Source of the DNA: Methanomassiliicoccaceae archaeon
GTDB lineage: Archaea > Thermoplasmatota > Thermoplasmata > Methanomassiliicoccales > Methanomassiliicoccaceae
Length of the DNA stretch: 64,000 bases
Assembly: GCA_963741025.1 (NCBI GenBank)
Contig: CAVUGW010000027.1
Span: forward strand, 3,589-67,588
Direction of reading: 5' to 3'
Of the stretch, positions 54,392 through 64,000 are shown one piece after another. Under the pieces are notes generated by a model that made no database searches, was not told the DNA's origin, and saw only the letters and a list, made by a program, of their open reading frames with translations. The number at the start of each line of letters is the position of its first letter. Positions within the stretch are counted from its first letter, which is position 1. A program made the position numbers and the translations under genes.

Positions 54392-54979
54392 TCAGAACGC
54401 AAGAAAAGTGATCATCCCAGCGACCATGAGACCTAATGAAACGAACTGCATATACCATCCCAGGTTCGGACCCATAACGACGTAAGTTCCACCAATCGTA
54501 TTATCATACCAGAAACCGTAGTGAATGAGAGGTGCCGTGGTATTAAGTGCACCTTCCCAAAGGAACATGAATATGAGCGGTGTGAACAAAGTGATCACAA
54601 AGGGTGTTCCCATCATAATGCTCAGAGAAGATCTACCCACGGTCGCATCGTTCAGCATGAGCATTTTCACCAGCCATAATAGAAGAACGATCGCCACGAT
54701 GGTCATGAACATAAAGATCAGCATTGGCACCTGGAAACCAGAGGGAACGTTCAATACCGTTTCAAAGGTCTTTCCATTGAACAACGGATAGCTGTTAGAG
54801 CTCCAAATGTAAGTGTAACTATCTATCCGTATGTTCTGTTCTGGACCTATGAGAGAACTTCCAAAACTGTAGATCGGGGACATGATGGAAGCGAACAGAG
54901 ATAGGATCCCGAGAAAATAGAGCCAGATCGTTGTTCGCCTTTTGTCCAATTTTTGTGACCCTGGCGTCTTGTATCGCAT
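54392..54979 (-). CDS. Membrane protein, unknown function
   Basis: 195-aa ORF with ~5 hydrophobic segments. Confidence 0.5.
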   Translation of the reverse strand: MRYKTPGSQKLDKRRTTIWLYFLGILSLFASIMSPIYSFGSSLIGPEQNIRIDSYTYIWSSNSYPLFNGKTFETVLNVPSGFQVPMLIFMFMTIVAIVLLLWLVKMLMLNDATVGRSSLSIMMGTPFVITLFTPLIFMFLWEGALNTTAPLIHYGFWYDNTIGGTYVVMGPNLGWYMQFVSLGLMVAGMITFLAF

Positions 54980-55287
54980 GTTCTAACATAAATCTACTGA
55001 CGCAAATTCAACGGACATGGGATCGTTCGCATATTTGGGCCCATCCTCTCTAAATCTTCGTCAAATGATCTTTTTCTTCTTTGCTCATCATACTGGATGT
55101 TGATCTTATAGGTCTTGATGGCCTGGGAAGGTGACCGTGACCTGGCAAGAACTCAAATGCTGACCGACCTGGGAACATTTCTGAAGAAATGTGGACGCTC
55201 CAATCCTTTTTACCTAGGAACGATGGTACGGGTGAGGGGACGAGATCGTTATTGAGCGATCTCGTTGAGACGTTCACGGGGAGTTCG

Positions 55288-56095
55288 ATGAAAAGAAAGG
55301 GCGTGGTCATCGTTGTGGTTTCCATTTTGATCGCCATCGGGATCTTGGGAAGTATCCTGTACAGTGTGGTATATGCTCAGGGAAACGAGGGGAAGAACGT
55401 CGCCGATCTTGATCATAACATCGTTCACGGTCGATAAACCGGATATGCTGGTCAACCAGACCATTAATGCGACATTGGACATAAAGAACCTCGGAAATGT
55501 CACGGGGACGCGTCTTTATGATCTGACCATGGATGGCACGCTAGTAGGGTCATCGACGGTCGATCTTGGACCTGATATGTCAACATCGATAACATTCCCG
55601 CTCAAAATGACGGTCGTGGGTGATCACACACTTGTCGTTGAAAATGACAGCGTCCATCTAGGTTGCTATGAGCGTGACAAGGTCGGGGATTATTCGACCT
55701 ATAAGATCTCGGAGCACGATGCGGAGGGAGTGACCTTTGGAAACATGACCATAACAATGACGTCGCTCAATTCGACATCAAGATCATACAATATATCCTA
55801 CACTGGTGTCCCCTTTCCAGATAGGAATGTCACCTCTAATGATGATGCGAACTGGTCGTCAGATTTTCAGGAGGTAAAATATATCGATCAGGTGACGGTG
55901 CAGACCAGCTATGGGGTCAAGACGCTGTCCAATTACACATATTTCGAAGCAACGGACTCGAGCGAGTGCTATGCATGGATCGACAACTCTACTGGAGTTG
56001 TCTTCTTCATTTCATCGGCACACGGTGCATATGCTCTTGTCCTTTATCAACTGGTGAACGACAACATGCCCTGGATACAATATATAGGGGAATGA
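55288..56095 (+). CDS. Membrane-anchored exported protein with CARDB-like beta domain; frame break near 55400
   Basis: MKRKGVVIVVVSILIAIGILG anchor (ORF 55189-55437), then ITSFTVDKPDMLVNQTINATLDIKNLGNVTGT.. (ORF 55364-56095). Many N-x-S/T sites. Confidence 0.5.
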
Positions 56096-56287
56096 ACGAC
56101 AGCAGATCGTTCCCGGATCCATGAATTGGTCCAAACAATCCTCCGGAATGTGCTCATCAGAGATGTTCTGTCTAGAACATCCCGCGCCTTAATGGCCCTT
56201 GATTACCGTTGGGCCCCGAACGGTTCCAAGACGGCTCCATTCTTTTATTGACGGTTCTGATCCCGAAGGTAAGAAGGTCAAGTAATA

Positions 56288-56746
56288 TTGTCCGAGGGGC
56301 AAGAACTAATTTATGACAGGGTTATAAATAACATGAACATTTGTGGTGTTATGAGGGAGAAGGTTCATCCACGCTTCAAAGGAGGGCATGGCTGGCTTCA
56401 GATAGATGATATAAAATATGAACATGATATCATCGTCCATTCTGACGGGGTAGTGACCAAGAGAAATTGTGGTTGTTCACCTTTACTGAGAGAACAGATC
56501 CCGGCGAGGTATAGGTCCGACTATTTTCATGCTCCCCTTTCAGAGGATGAGCTTTCTTTCCTGAACGATGAAAGACCTGAGGCCATCATAATCGGGAACG
56601 GTTATCGAAGCATGATGCCCATAACACCATTGGCCAAAGCAATATTGGAAAGATATGATCACCATGTGCTCTCCACACAGGACGCTATAGAATACATTAA
56701 CAAAGAACCGAGAAGATATGTGGCGATATTTCATTTAAGCTGTTGA
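56288..56746 (+). CDS. Mth938-domain (DUF498-like) protein
   Basis: ..HDIIVHSDG..PEAIIIGNGYRSMMPITP..VLSTQDAIEYINK..RYVAIFHLSC matches the Mth938 pattern. Confidence 0.6.
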   Translation: MSEGQELIYDRVINNMNICGVMREKVHPRFKGGHGWLQIDDIKYEHDIIVHSDGVVTKRNCGCSPLLREQIPARYRSDYFHAPLSEDELSFLNDERPEAIIIGNGYRSMMPITPLAKAILERYDHHVLSTQDAIEYINKEPRRYVAIFHLSC

Positions 56747-56788
56747 TAGCTTAGCATTCTTTTTGGTGTCCGCCCAGATGGAATACAT

Positions 56789-57101
56789 GGACCGCCCTAC
56801 TATTTCGGGCGGGGCTTCTTACTTCATCGAACATACTTGAGTTGCATTCACCGGTTCATGTAGAGGTCCGCCGTCCATTAGCATGGGAACAGGTCGTCCC
56901 GACCGTACCTTCCGTCACCCTGATCATTGGGATGGTGACGGAAATTATAGGCAAGCAACGCTACACCATCGAAGGTGACGGTACATGTGTATGAACATCC
57001 ATCAGTAGGGTGAGCGAAAGTTGCCGATCCGCTCATCTGTTCCATCTCGCGCTAGCTCTCATCCCCGGTTTTAATAGGAGGACCTCTCGCTCGAAATAGT
57101 T
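56789..57101 (-). repeat. Copy C of the intergenic repeat family (~300-313 nt), with the clearest terminal inverted repeats
   Basis: About 70% identical to copy A over the 5' 60 nt (..GGACCTCTCGCTCGAAATAGTT). ACTATTTCGGGCGGGG (56799-56814) versus the reverse complement of 57085-57100, ACTATTTCGAGCGAGA. Confidence 0.7.
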
Positions 57102-57169
57102 AAAAAGGTTGACCTGGTGCGACCTGGTGCAAGAAGTTGGATGGACCGGACGCCCGGCCTTGCTCTCGA

Positions 57170-58674
57170 TCATGTGCTCGCTTTTTTACGTCCCGGCCTC
57201 AGCATTGCCACGACCACCGCGACCAATGCAACGATGAAGAAGAGGAGGAACGCCAGATGCAATCCATTATCGAATATCGTCATTGCCTGAGAGCTTATAC
57301 CCCCTCCGTAAAGGAAGAGCTTCATCATATCGACCTGAGAGAATCCCGCCCAAAACGAGCGGGAAGGCCAATGCTAGACTGAACATCTGACCGGTGTTCA
57401 TAAGCATCATCCTGGTCCCAGCTGCCGTACCTCGCCTTTCGGGTGGGACCGAGTTCATTATGGAGCTACTGTTGGGCGAAGAGTATAACCCTCCGCCCAC
57501 CCCCATCATTACCATGAACAAGGCCAATGCCCAGAAGGAAGTGTTCTCGTCGATATAGGCCAATCCAAGTAGCGCCGCAGCTGTTAGGGCCAATCCCAGT
57601 ATCGTTAGGTTCCTTGGGCCATATTTATCGGACAACTTTCCGGAAAGAGGGCCAACTACGATGAACGATATCCCGAAAGGGATCAGGCTGAGCCCAGCTA
57701 TCAAAGGACTGTCTCCATAGGGTCCTTGGAAGAAGAATATCAGCAAAAAAAGAGCGGCCCCTCGGCAAAGGCCGTTCAGAAGGTTCGTGAAATTACCGAC
57801 AGCATACTCCCGATTACGGAAGAGCTTTAGGTCCATCATCGGATGCTTCGCTCTGATCTCAATGACAAAGAACGAGATGATGCCTATGATGCCGATGATG
57901 AACAACATATCGACCGCCTCTGAGCTAACGAGCGGGAAGGCGATCAAAGAGACCCCAAGCAGCAAGCCAAGAAGACCGAAGAAGAAGGTCACGCTTCCGG
58001 CCCAATCGAAGCTTTGAGCTTTTCCAACCTTGGCAGGCTCCCTGAGCCGGATCGACGCCCATATTATTCCGAACAGACCGAATGGTACATTGGCTAGGAA
58101 TATCCATTGCCATCCGAAAGGCGATAGCAGACCTCCGACCACTGGACCGAGTACCATTCCAGCACCTGCCGCCACCATGTTCACGCCCAATCCGAAACCA
58201 AGTTTTCTCGGTTCGAACACATCCGCGATCATTGCGGCACCGTTCGCAAATATGAGCGCTCCTCCGATGGCCTGTATGATCCGATAGCCCACGAGGTCCC
58301 AACCATGGAACTGAGGCTGGGCGAGACCGCCTAACAGGGAGCCCAGAGTGAACATTCCATAGCCAAGAACATAGAACCGTTTCCTCCCGAACATATCGGA
58401 CATACGACCGAATATCGGGACCATAACGGTGGTTATCAATAGATATGTGAGCAATACCCACATAACGGTGAGGAAGCTCATGTTCAGGCTGCTCATCATG
58501 TTAGGAAGCGATATGAGCAACGCTGATTCCTGGATAGATGCTGATCAGCGCTCCTACGGTCGTCACCGAGAGAACGACCCATTCATACCCCGTGCCTTTT
58601 CTTTCTATCTCGGCCCGTTCATCAGTTGAGCTAAGGAGCTTACCGTCATTGGAATTGAATGAGATCTGAATCAC
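57170..58674 (-). CDS. MFS drug:H+ antiporter-type transporter (14-TM DHA2-like); frame breaks near 58520 and 57290
   Basis: Main ORF 57267-58520. The N-terminus YEWVVLSVTTVGALISIYPGISV lies in another frame, starting at a GTG that overlaps the permease stop (58672-58674). The tail LAFLLFFIVALVAVVVAMLRPGRKKAST* ends at 57170. Confidence 0.8.
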
Positions 58675-59441
58675 CTACCGACCCTTGAGTATAGTCTGCC
58701 GCCTATCATGACGAGCACGACCGCGATGGCCGTAAGAACGACCATGTCCGTCAATATTCCATACTGGCTCACCCCGCCTACGATCATTAGCCCCCTAAGC
58801 GCATCGACCATGTAGGTCAAGGGGTTACCGTACGCTATCACCTTCAGCCAATTGGGCATGATGGAGATGGGATAGATCGCATTGCTAGCGAAGAACAATG
58901 GCATTGTGATCATCTGGCCGATGCCCATGAACCGGTCCCGGGTCTTGACCATACATGCGATGATCAAGGACAATGTTGAGAATATCGCAGCGCCCAAAAG
59001 CACGACCAGTACAACGAGCACTACGTTCACTGGGTCCAGTATAACGCTGACACCGATCAGCAATGCTAGAACGAAGACGATCAGGGCCTGGGAAAGACTG
59101 CGAAGCCCGGCGGATAGGGCCTTCCCTGCGACGATCGCCGTTCTGGGCGTCGGGGACGCCAGAAATTTCTGCACTATTCCGAGGTCCCTTTCCCAAACGA
59201 TGGATATCCCGTAGAAAATGGACATGAAGAGAACGCTTTGTGCTAGTACCCCTGGGGTAATGAAATCGATATAAGGTATGCTCCCGGTAGGTATCGCCTT
59301 TACCTGGGTCAATACTTCTCCAAAGACCAATAACCATAGGACCGGCTGGACCGCCCTAGTGAACAGGTCCGCCGGATCGTGCCTCAGCTTCCTCGCTTCT
59401 AGCTCCGTGATTATCAGCGCCTTCCTAATGAAAGAAGTCAC
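58671..59441 (-). CDS. ABC-2 type transporter permease
   Basis: Intact 256-aa, 6-TM ORF. The start overlaps the ATPase stop. Confidence 0.85.
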   Translation of the reverse strand: MTSFIRKALIITELEARKLRHDPADLFTRAVQPVLWLLVFGEVLTQVKAIPTGSIPYIDFITPGVLAQSVLFMSIFYGISIVWERDLGIVQKFLASPTPRTAIVAGKALSAGLRSLSQALIVFVLALLIGVSVILDPVNVVLVVLVVLLGAAIFSTLSLIIACMVKTRDRFMGIGQMITMPLFFASNAIYPISIMPNWLKVIAYGNPLTYMVDALRGLMIVGGVSQYGILTDMVVLTAIAVVLVMIGGRLYSRVGR

Positions 59442-60262
59442 CTTGGATAGGCTATGAAGGCCGGTCCTATCAACCGAAGACGTCTTGCCGTTTGCCGCTC
59501 TCTTTGAACATCACGGAAACTACCTCCTGTTTCGATCGTATTTCCTGTAAGTTGGATGAAAGCATCGTCCAAGGTTTTTGTCCCCGCCTTGTCTTTGAGC
59601 TCCTTGGGGCTACCTAGTGCGATCAGCTTACTGCGGTGCATGATGCCGATGCGATCGCACAGCGCGTCCGCCTCGTCCATGAGATGTGTCGTCAGGAATA
59701 TGGTCGTCCCATATTCCTTCCGCAATTTGTCGACCATTTCCCAGACCGCCCGTCTTGCCAATGGGTCCAGTCCGATCGTTGGTTCGTCCAGGAACAATAC
59801 CTTAGGCCTGTGAAGAGTGGACTGAGCTATCTCGAGCCTCCTGATCATACCACCAGAATATGTGCGGACGAGCTTGTCACCGAACTCTTTCAGCCCCATA
59901 TCCTCGATAGCTTTTCGGACCCTCGGACCGAGCTCACCGCTTGGAACCTCGTACAATTTGCCAAAGATCAGAAGGTTCTCATATCCTGTCAAACTAGCAT
60001 CCGCGGAAAGCAATTGAGGCACATATCCAGTGACCTTCCGTACTGCCGATGCCTGCCGGACGACGTCAAGTCCATCGACTGTGGCCTCTCCTGAGGAAGG
60101 TGGCAGGAGCGTGGTGAGCATCTTTATAGAGGTCGTCTTCCCAGCGCCGTTAGGTCCAAGAAGGCCGAAAACCTCCTCTTCGTCTACGCTCAGGTCCAGT
60201 GAGTCGACCGCTGTGAAATCACCGAAATGACGGGACAGTTTGGTAGTTCTAACCGCGAACAT
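59438..60262 (-). CDS. ABC transporter ATP-binding protein (DrrA-like)
   Basis: Walker A GPNGAGKTT, signature YSGGMIRRLE, Walker B VLFLDEPTIGLD. Confidence 0.9.
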   Translation of the reverse strand: MFAVRTTKLSRHFGDFTAVDSLDLSVDEEEVFGLLGPNGAGKTTSIKMLTTLLPPSSGEATVDGLDVVRQASAVRKVTGYVPQLLSADASLTGYENLLIFGKLYEVPSGELGPRVRKAIEDMGLKEFGDKLVRTYSGGMIRRLEIAQSTLHRPKVLFLDEPTIGLDPLARRAVWEMVDKLRKEYGTTIFLTTHLMDEADALCDRIGIMHRSKLIALGSPKELKDKAGTKTLDDAFIQLTGNTIETGGSFRDVQRERQTARRLRLIGPAFIAYPR

Positions 60263-60281
60263 TCTTCATCTCTCCTTGTCC

Positions 60282-60746
60282 TCAGACCTTTCCTGACCGT
60301 TCGTTCGATATGATCCTGGGAAGTGCTGATTTGACCCTTTCGAACGTGTCGAACAATCGATCGAGCTCTTCATCAGTGAGTTCGGAGAGGTCCTCGACCA
60401 GTCGGTCCTTCATCCGTGCTTTGCGTTCTATCATGAAAGTTCTTCCGGCCTCGGTCAATGAAATGAACAACACCCTTCTATCCAACGTGTCAGGCGTCCG
60501 TTCGACATACCCCTCTTCGAACAATTGATCGACGATCTTGGTCAGGTTTTGTTTTGAATAGGAAAGGGCCGAGGCTATACCAGACATCGATATCGGCCCT
60601 TGCTTTTTGACGACGGAAAGGACCGCGATCCGAGGAGAGAAAGGGCTCATACCTGTTGAATCGGGCCGAAGAATCCATCTATAAAGAACGGGGATGGTCT
60701 GGAATACATCCTCCGCCAACAATGAGATGCGTTCATCATGGTCCAT
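60282..60746 (-). CDS. MarR-family transcriptional regulator
   Basis: ..ISMSGIASALSYSKQNLTKIVDQLFEEGYVERTPDTLDRRVLFISLTEAG.. is a canonical MarR wHTH. Confidence 0.85.
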   Translation of the reverse strand: MDHDERISLLAEDVFQTIPVLYRWILRPDSTGMSPFSPRIAVLSVVKKQGPISMSGIASALSYSKQNLTKIVDQLFEEGYVERTPDTLDRRVLFISLTEAGRTFMIERKARMKDRLVEDLSELTDEELDRLFDTFERVKSALPRIISNERSGKV

Positions 60747-61323
60747 CAGTTGTCCGATTCTCCTTTGAAGAGCGGTCGTTTGAACGTCAACCTTCGAACT
60801 GCCAACAATACGACCTCCCTATTTATTATTACCGCATTAGTACTATCTACTGAGGTTACTAATTATCGTCCACATTCAGGATGATAGGTACATATCGGTC
60901 CAAACGCTCCGAACCTCGTGGTCGATCGATCGTGCATCAGACCATTTTCAAGCGACGACCGAACGGATCATCTAGCAGATCCACCCGTAGCGGGGCCATC
61001 CAGTTCGCAAAGATTAAATATGCAACTTCGGATGCCAACCACACTTCGTCTGGATGTCGAAGCTGGAACTCAGAACACCTTGTTAGGTGAGGTTACCGTA
61101 CAAACATAGGCTGCTGCCCAGAAACATCGAGAGAAGCCAATGGGTAAAGAAGACACTGCCGGATTAAGGCTTTGTCCGAAGCAGCTGAGTGACCGGTCCC
61201 CGGCCATTCACTCTACGTTTCTACGGTGCCGAAACTGCACTAGGAGAGTGTTCGATCTACGACCTTATCAACACGGTCGCTCCCACACATTCCATCTGCT
61301 CAAAAGGTGCGGGTTTCTAGGCA

Positions 61324-62670
61324 TTGGAGGAATGCAAGATGTGGAGGGAAAAGGATCGAAAAGAGGAGGAGACCGGAACATCTCTCGAACCAAAAAGTTC
61401 CAGTCTGTCGACCGGGGCAAGGTTCTATTATCGCTATCGGAAGTTCGTTAAGACCCTCCAGATCTATCTTGTCCTTGCCGGACCCGGTATCATCGTGATG
61501 GTCGCCGATAATGACGCTGGTGGGATCACCACCTATTCCGTCACAGGAGCCACCTATGGTTTCAATCTGATATGGTTCCTGATCATCCTGGGCCCGATAG
61601 CATATTTCATCCAGGAGATGACGGTGAGACTGGGCGCGGTGACGAAAAGAGGTCATGCCGAAGCCATCTTCGATGCATTCGGCTCTTTCTGGGGATGGTT
61701 CTCTCTTTCTGATCTCGCTCTTACTGACTGGCTTACGCTCATAACCGAGTTCATCGGAATGACGGCAGCATTGAACATTTTTGGTATTCCTCCGATCATA
61801 ACGGTCATAGTGGTCTGCATCTTCATGATGCTATTGATCCTGAACGGAAAATATTGGACCTGGGAAAAGATCGTCCTGGTGCTCTGTGTTCTGAACCTGA
61901 TATATATTCCTGCGGCCTTCCTGGTGCATCCCAATGTATCACAGGTGGTAAGGGGTGTCGTCCCGAACCTGCCGGGCGGATTGAGCGGGGGCCTCTTCTT
62001 CATTCTGATGGCGAACATCGGGACGACGATCGCTCCATGGATGCTGTTCTTCCAACAATCATCCGTGGTTGACAAGGGTATGAAGGAAAAGGACATTCCG
62101 TTCGGGAAAATGGATACAGCGGTCGGTGCGATCCTGACGGTGGTAGTGGCCATTTTCGTCATCGTAGTGACCGGAACATTGCTATACGGTCAGACCCAAT
62201 TATCAAGTGCCGCACAGGCGGCCGTCGCCCTTCGAGGCATCAACTACTGGGTCGGGACATTTCTTGCGATAGGTCTATTCGATGCGGGACTTCTTGGCGC
62301 GATCGCGATATCGTTGGCAAGCTCTTGGGCCATCGGAGAGGTCTTTGGATGGGCCCACTCGTTGAACCACAAGGTTCGTGAGGCCCCTTGGTTCTATGTC
62401 GCATATTTCTTCCTATTGATCAGCGCTGGAACGGTCACCCTCATTACGTCGGAGGCCATTCAAGTTCAGATCACATTGTTCGTCCAGGTGATAGCGGTCA
62501 CTTTGCTTCCTGCTGCATTGGTGTTCCTGCTATTGTTGCTCAATAGTGAGGAGCTGGTAGGAAAGTACAAGAACAGCAGGACGCAGAACATCATCGGCGT
62601 AAGCATCGTCGCGATGATCATCCTGTTCTCGACACTTTATGCTGTGAGCGCACTGTTCGGAGGTATCTGA
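61324..62670 (+). CDS. mntH: NRAMP-family divalent metal transporter
   Basis: GPGIIVMVADNDAGGITTYSVTGATYGF (DPGN-like motif region). 11 TM segments. The ORF is intact. Confidence 0.85.
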   Translation: MEECKMWREKDRKEEETGTSLEPKSSSLSTGARFYYRYRKFVKTLQIYLVLAGPGIIVMVADNDAGGITTYSVTGATYGFNLIWFLIILGPIAYFIQEMTVRLGAVTKRGHAEAIFDAFGSFWGWFSLSDLALTDWLTLITEFIGMTAALNIFGIPPIITVIVVCIFMMLLILNGKYWTWEKIVLVLCVLNLIYIPAAFLVHPNVSQVVRGVVPNLPGGLSGGLFFILMANIGTTIAPWMLFFQQSSVVDKGMKEKDIPFGKMDTAVGAILTVVVAIFVIVVTGTLLYGQTQLSSAAQAAVALRGINYWVGTFLAIGLFDAGLLGAIAISLASSWAIGEVFGWAHSLNHKVREAPWFYVAYFFLLISAGTVTLITSEAIQVQITLFVQVIAVTLLPAALVFLLLLLNSEELVGKYKNSRTQNIIGVSIVAMIILFSTLYAVSALFGGI

Positions 62671-62671
62671 T

Positions 62672-62869
62672 ATGGTCCAAGAAAGACCGATAAAGATGAC
62701 GAAGGGCTTCCTGAGGGACCGGTTCCGTCCTTTCGTTGAGATCACCCGGAAATACAGGAACCCTAGGATAAAGATGACCCGACCGGTGAAGGTCGCTCTG
62801 CTCCTGCTGAGAATATATCTTATCGCGATGGTCGTCATACTCTTATACAAACTCTTTACAACGGCCTGA
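62672..62869 (+). CDS. Small basic protein with C-terminal TM helix (65 aa)
   Basis: ORF starting 2 nt after the NRAMP stop. Hydrophobic tail VALLLLRIYLIAMVVILLYKLF. Confidence 0.4.
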   Translation: MVQERPIKMTKGFLRDRFRPFVEITRKYRNPRIKMTRPVKVALLLLRIYLIAMVVILLYKLFTTA

Positions 62870-62882
62870 GGAGGCGTGATGA

Positions 62883-64000
62883 ATGAACGGAACTGGGACC
62901 AAGAACCAAAACGATATCACCTTCAATCTGAGCGAGATCATGAACCTCCGCGTCGATCTTAACGAGAAAAAGATCGGAAGGTTGGCCGACATCATCATCA
63001 TGGAGAACGGTAAAATTCCAGAGGTTACTCATCTTGTTGTGAAGAGACCGTTCGGAAACCCGACCCTGATGGTCCCATGGGAAAAAGTGAAGCTGTTCAA
63101 TGACAAAAAGATCGTCATCGATATCGATGACCTACAAAGTCTCCAAGGCGAACCGAAGGATGATGCCCTTCTTCTCAAGGACCACATTCTAGACAAGAAG
63201 ATCTTGGACCTTGAGGATACGGAGGTCGAGGTGGTGTATGACCTTAAGCTCCTCCTAAGGGGAGGGAAGATGTTCGTGACCGCGGTCGATTCCAGCCGTT
63301 ACGGTCGATTGAGAAGGTTGGGGTTCCGAAGGACTGCGGATCTCAGACAAGCGGCCGATGAGATGCACGAGAACCTTATCCCTTGGACCGTCGTGCAACC
63401 TCTCCCACCGAACATGACGTCCTTCAAGGGTGATGTCAAATTAAAGGTCCTCAAAGATAGGTTGGCCGACATGCAACCTGCCGATGTCGCAGACATACTT
63501 GAGGAACTCGACCACGACCAAAGGTTGGTGGTGTTCAATCAACTAGAGACGGACCATGCCTCAGATACGCTGGAGGAGATCGACCCGAACGTTCAGAGGG
63601 ACCTCGTCTCCTCATTGCACAAAGACAGGGTCGCGGAGCTCGTCGACCAAATGACCCCGGGACAGGCGGCGGACCTATTAGGAGCCTTGTCCCACGGTGA
63701 GACAGAAATACTGATCACGAAGATAAACAAAGACCTCGCGTTCAAGGTGCGTTCCATCCTAGAAAAACAGGAAGAGAAGGTCGTTAACTACGCAACTTCC
63801 AGGTTCATGAAGGTCCCCGGGGACCGGACCACGGACGAGATACAGAACGACTATCCCAAGCTTGCCAAGGGGATGATGGTCGTCATGTACTTCTACATAA
63901 CGGACGAAAAGGACAGATTACTGGGTGTTATGGACATAAAGGACGTCCTCGAGGCACCTGACGAGGCCAAGCTCCAGGACGTGATGATCGATAATATTAT
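62883..64000 (+). CDS. mgtE: Magnesium transporter MgtE with an N-terminal extra domain; partial, runs off the right edge
   Basis: Own translation from ATG 62883 (GAGGAGG upstream): ..LADMQPADVADILEELDHDQRLVVFNQLETDHASDTLEEIDPNVQRDLV..MTPGQAADLL.. is the MgtE_N domain, followed by the start of the CBS pair. It is absent from the ORF track because there is no stop in the window. Confidence 0.85.
   Translation, partial: MNGTGTKNQNDITFNLSEIMNLRVDLNEKKIGRLADIIIMENGKIPEVTHLVVKRPFGNPTLMVPWEKVKLFNDKKIVIDIDDLQSLQGEPKDDALLLKDHILDKKILDLEDTEVEVVYDLKLLLRGGKMFVTAVDSSRYGRLRRLGFRRTADLRQAADEMHENLIPWTVVQPLPPNMTSFKGDVKLKVLKDRLADMQPADVADILEELDHDQRLVVFNQLETDHASDTLEEIDPNVQRDLVSSLHKDRVAELVDQMTPGQAADLLGALSHGETEILITKINKDLAFKVRSILEKQEEKVVNYATSRFMKVPGDRTTDEIQNDYPKLAKGMMVVMYFYITDEKDRLLGVMDIKDVLEAPDEAKLQDVMIDNI

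Noticed and set aside
57108-57127. Tandem duplication GACCTGGTGC x2 next to repeat copy C
   Set aside because: A single 10-nt duplication has no further structure and is probably slippage. Noted only because it abuts the element's 5' end.
1-64000. CRISPR arrays, cas genes, rRNA operons and recognisable restriction-modification or toxin-antitoxin pairs
   Set aside because: None were found on visual scanning of both strands. There are no regularly spaced direct repeats and no matching protein motifs in the ORF track.

Overview
This looks like a euryarchaeal-type chromosome segment. It carries archaeal SRP54, TrmY, archaeal-type PPAT, HMG-CoA reductase, PheRS beta subunit and a COG1340-like coiled-coil protein. 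No taxon can be assigned without a database search. Sampled lines are roughly 50% GC. Core content: housekeeping genes (purB, srp54, trmY, pheT, hmgA, a 2-hydroxyacid dehydrogenase, pirin), three large PAS-rich sensor histidine kinases, a soluble PAS-MCP, several transporters (APC permease, two MFS, two ABC-2 exporters, NRAMP, MgtE) and four tRNA genes (Ala-CGC, Ser-TGA, Ile-GAT, Thr-CGT). Accessory content: one IS5-like insertion sequence with target-site duplication, an integrase remnant abutting tRNA-Ala, and a ~14.7 kb composite island. The island is bounded by tRNA-Ile and an exact 17-nt direct repeat of the tRNA 3' end (28884-28900 / 43578-43594). It holds a tyrosine integrase, a tightly coupled operon of small zinc-ribbon or unknown genes, tRNA-Thr, wHTH genes, an acyltransferase, an ABC-2 exporter, and an AT-rich tail of decayed foreign genes. 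The most unusual signal is a family of divergent, collinear ~250-330 nt intergenic elements with inverted-repeat (pairable) termini: five copies at 13375-13638, 21974-22305, 24209-24455, 48682-48999 and 56789-57101. I cannot assign them to any RNA or mobile-element class I know. Two window-wide properties also stand out. Many conserved genes are split by frame breaks, with uneven density. GATC is several-fold over-represented in the core and almost absent from the foreign tail of the island. No CRISPR array, cas genes or rRNA were seen.
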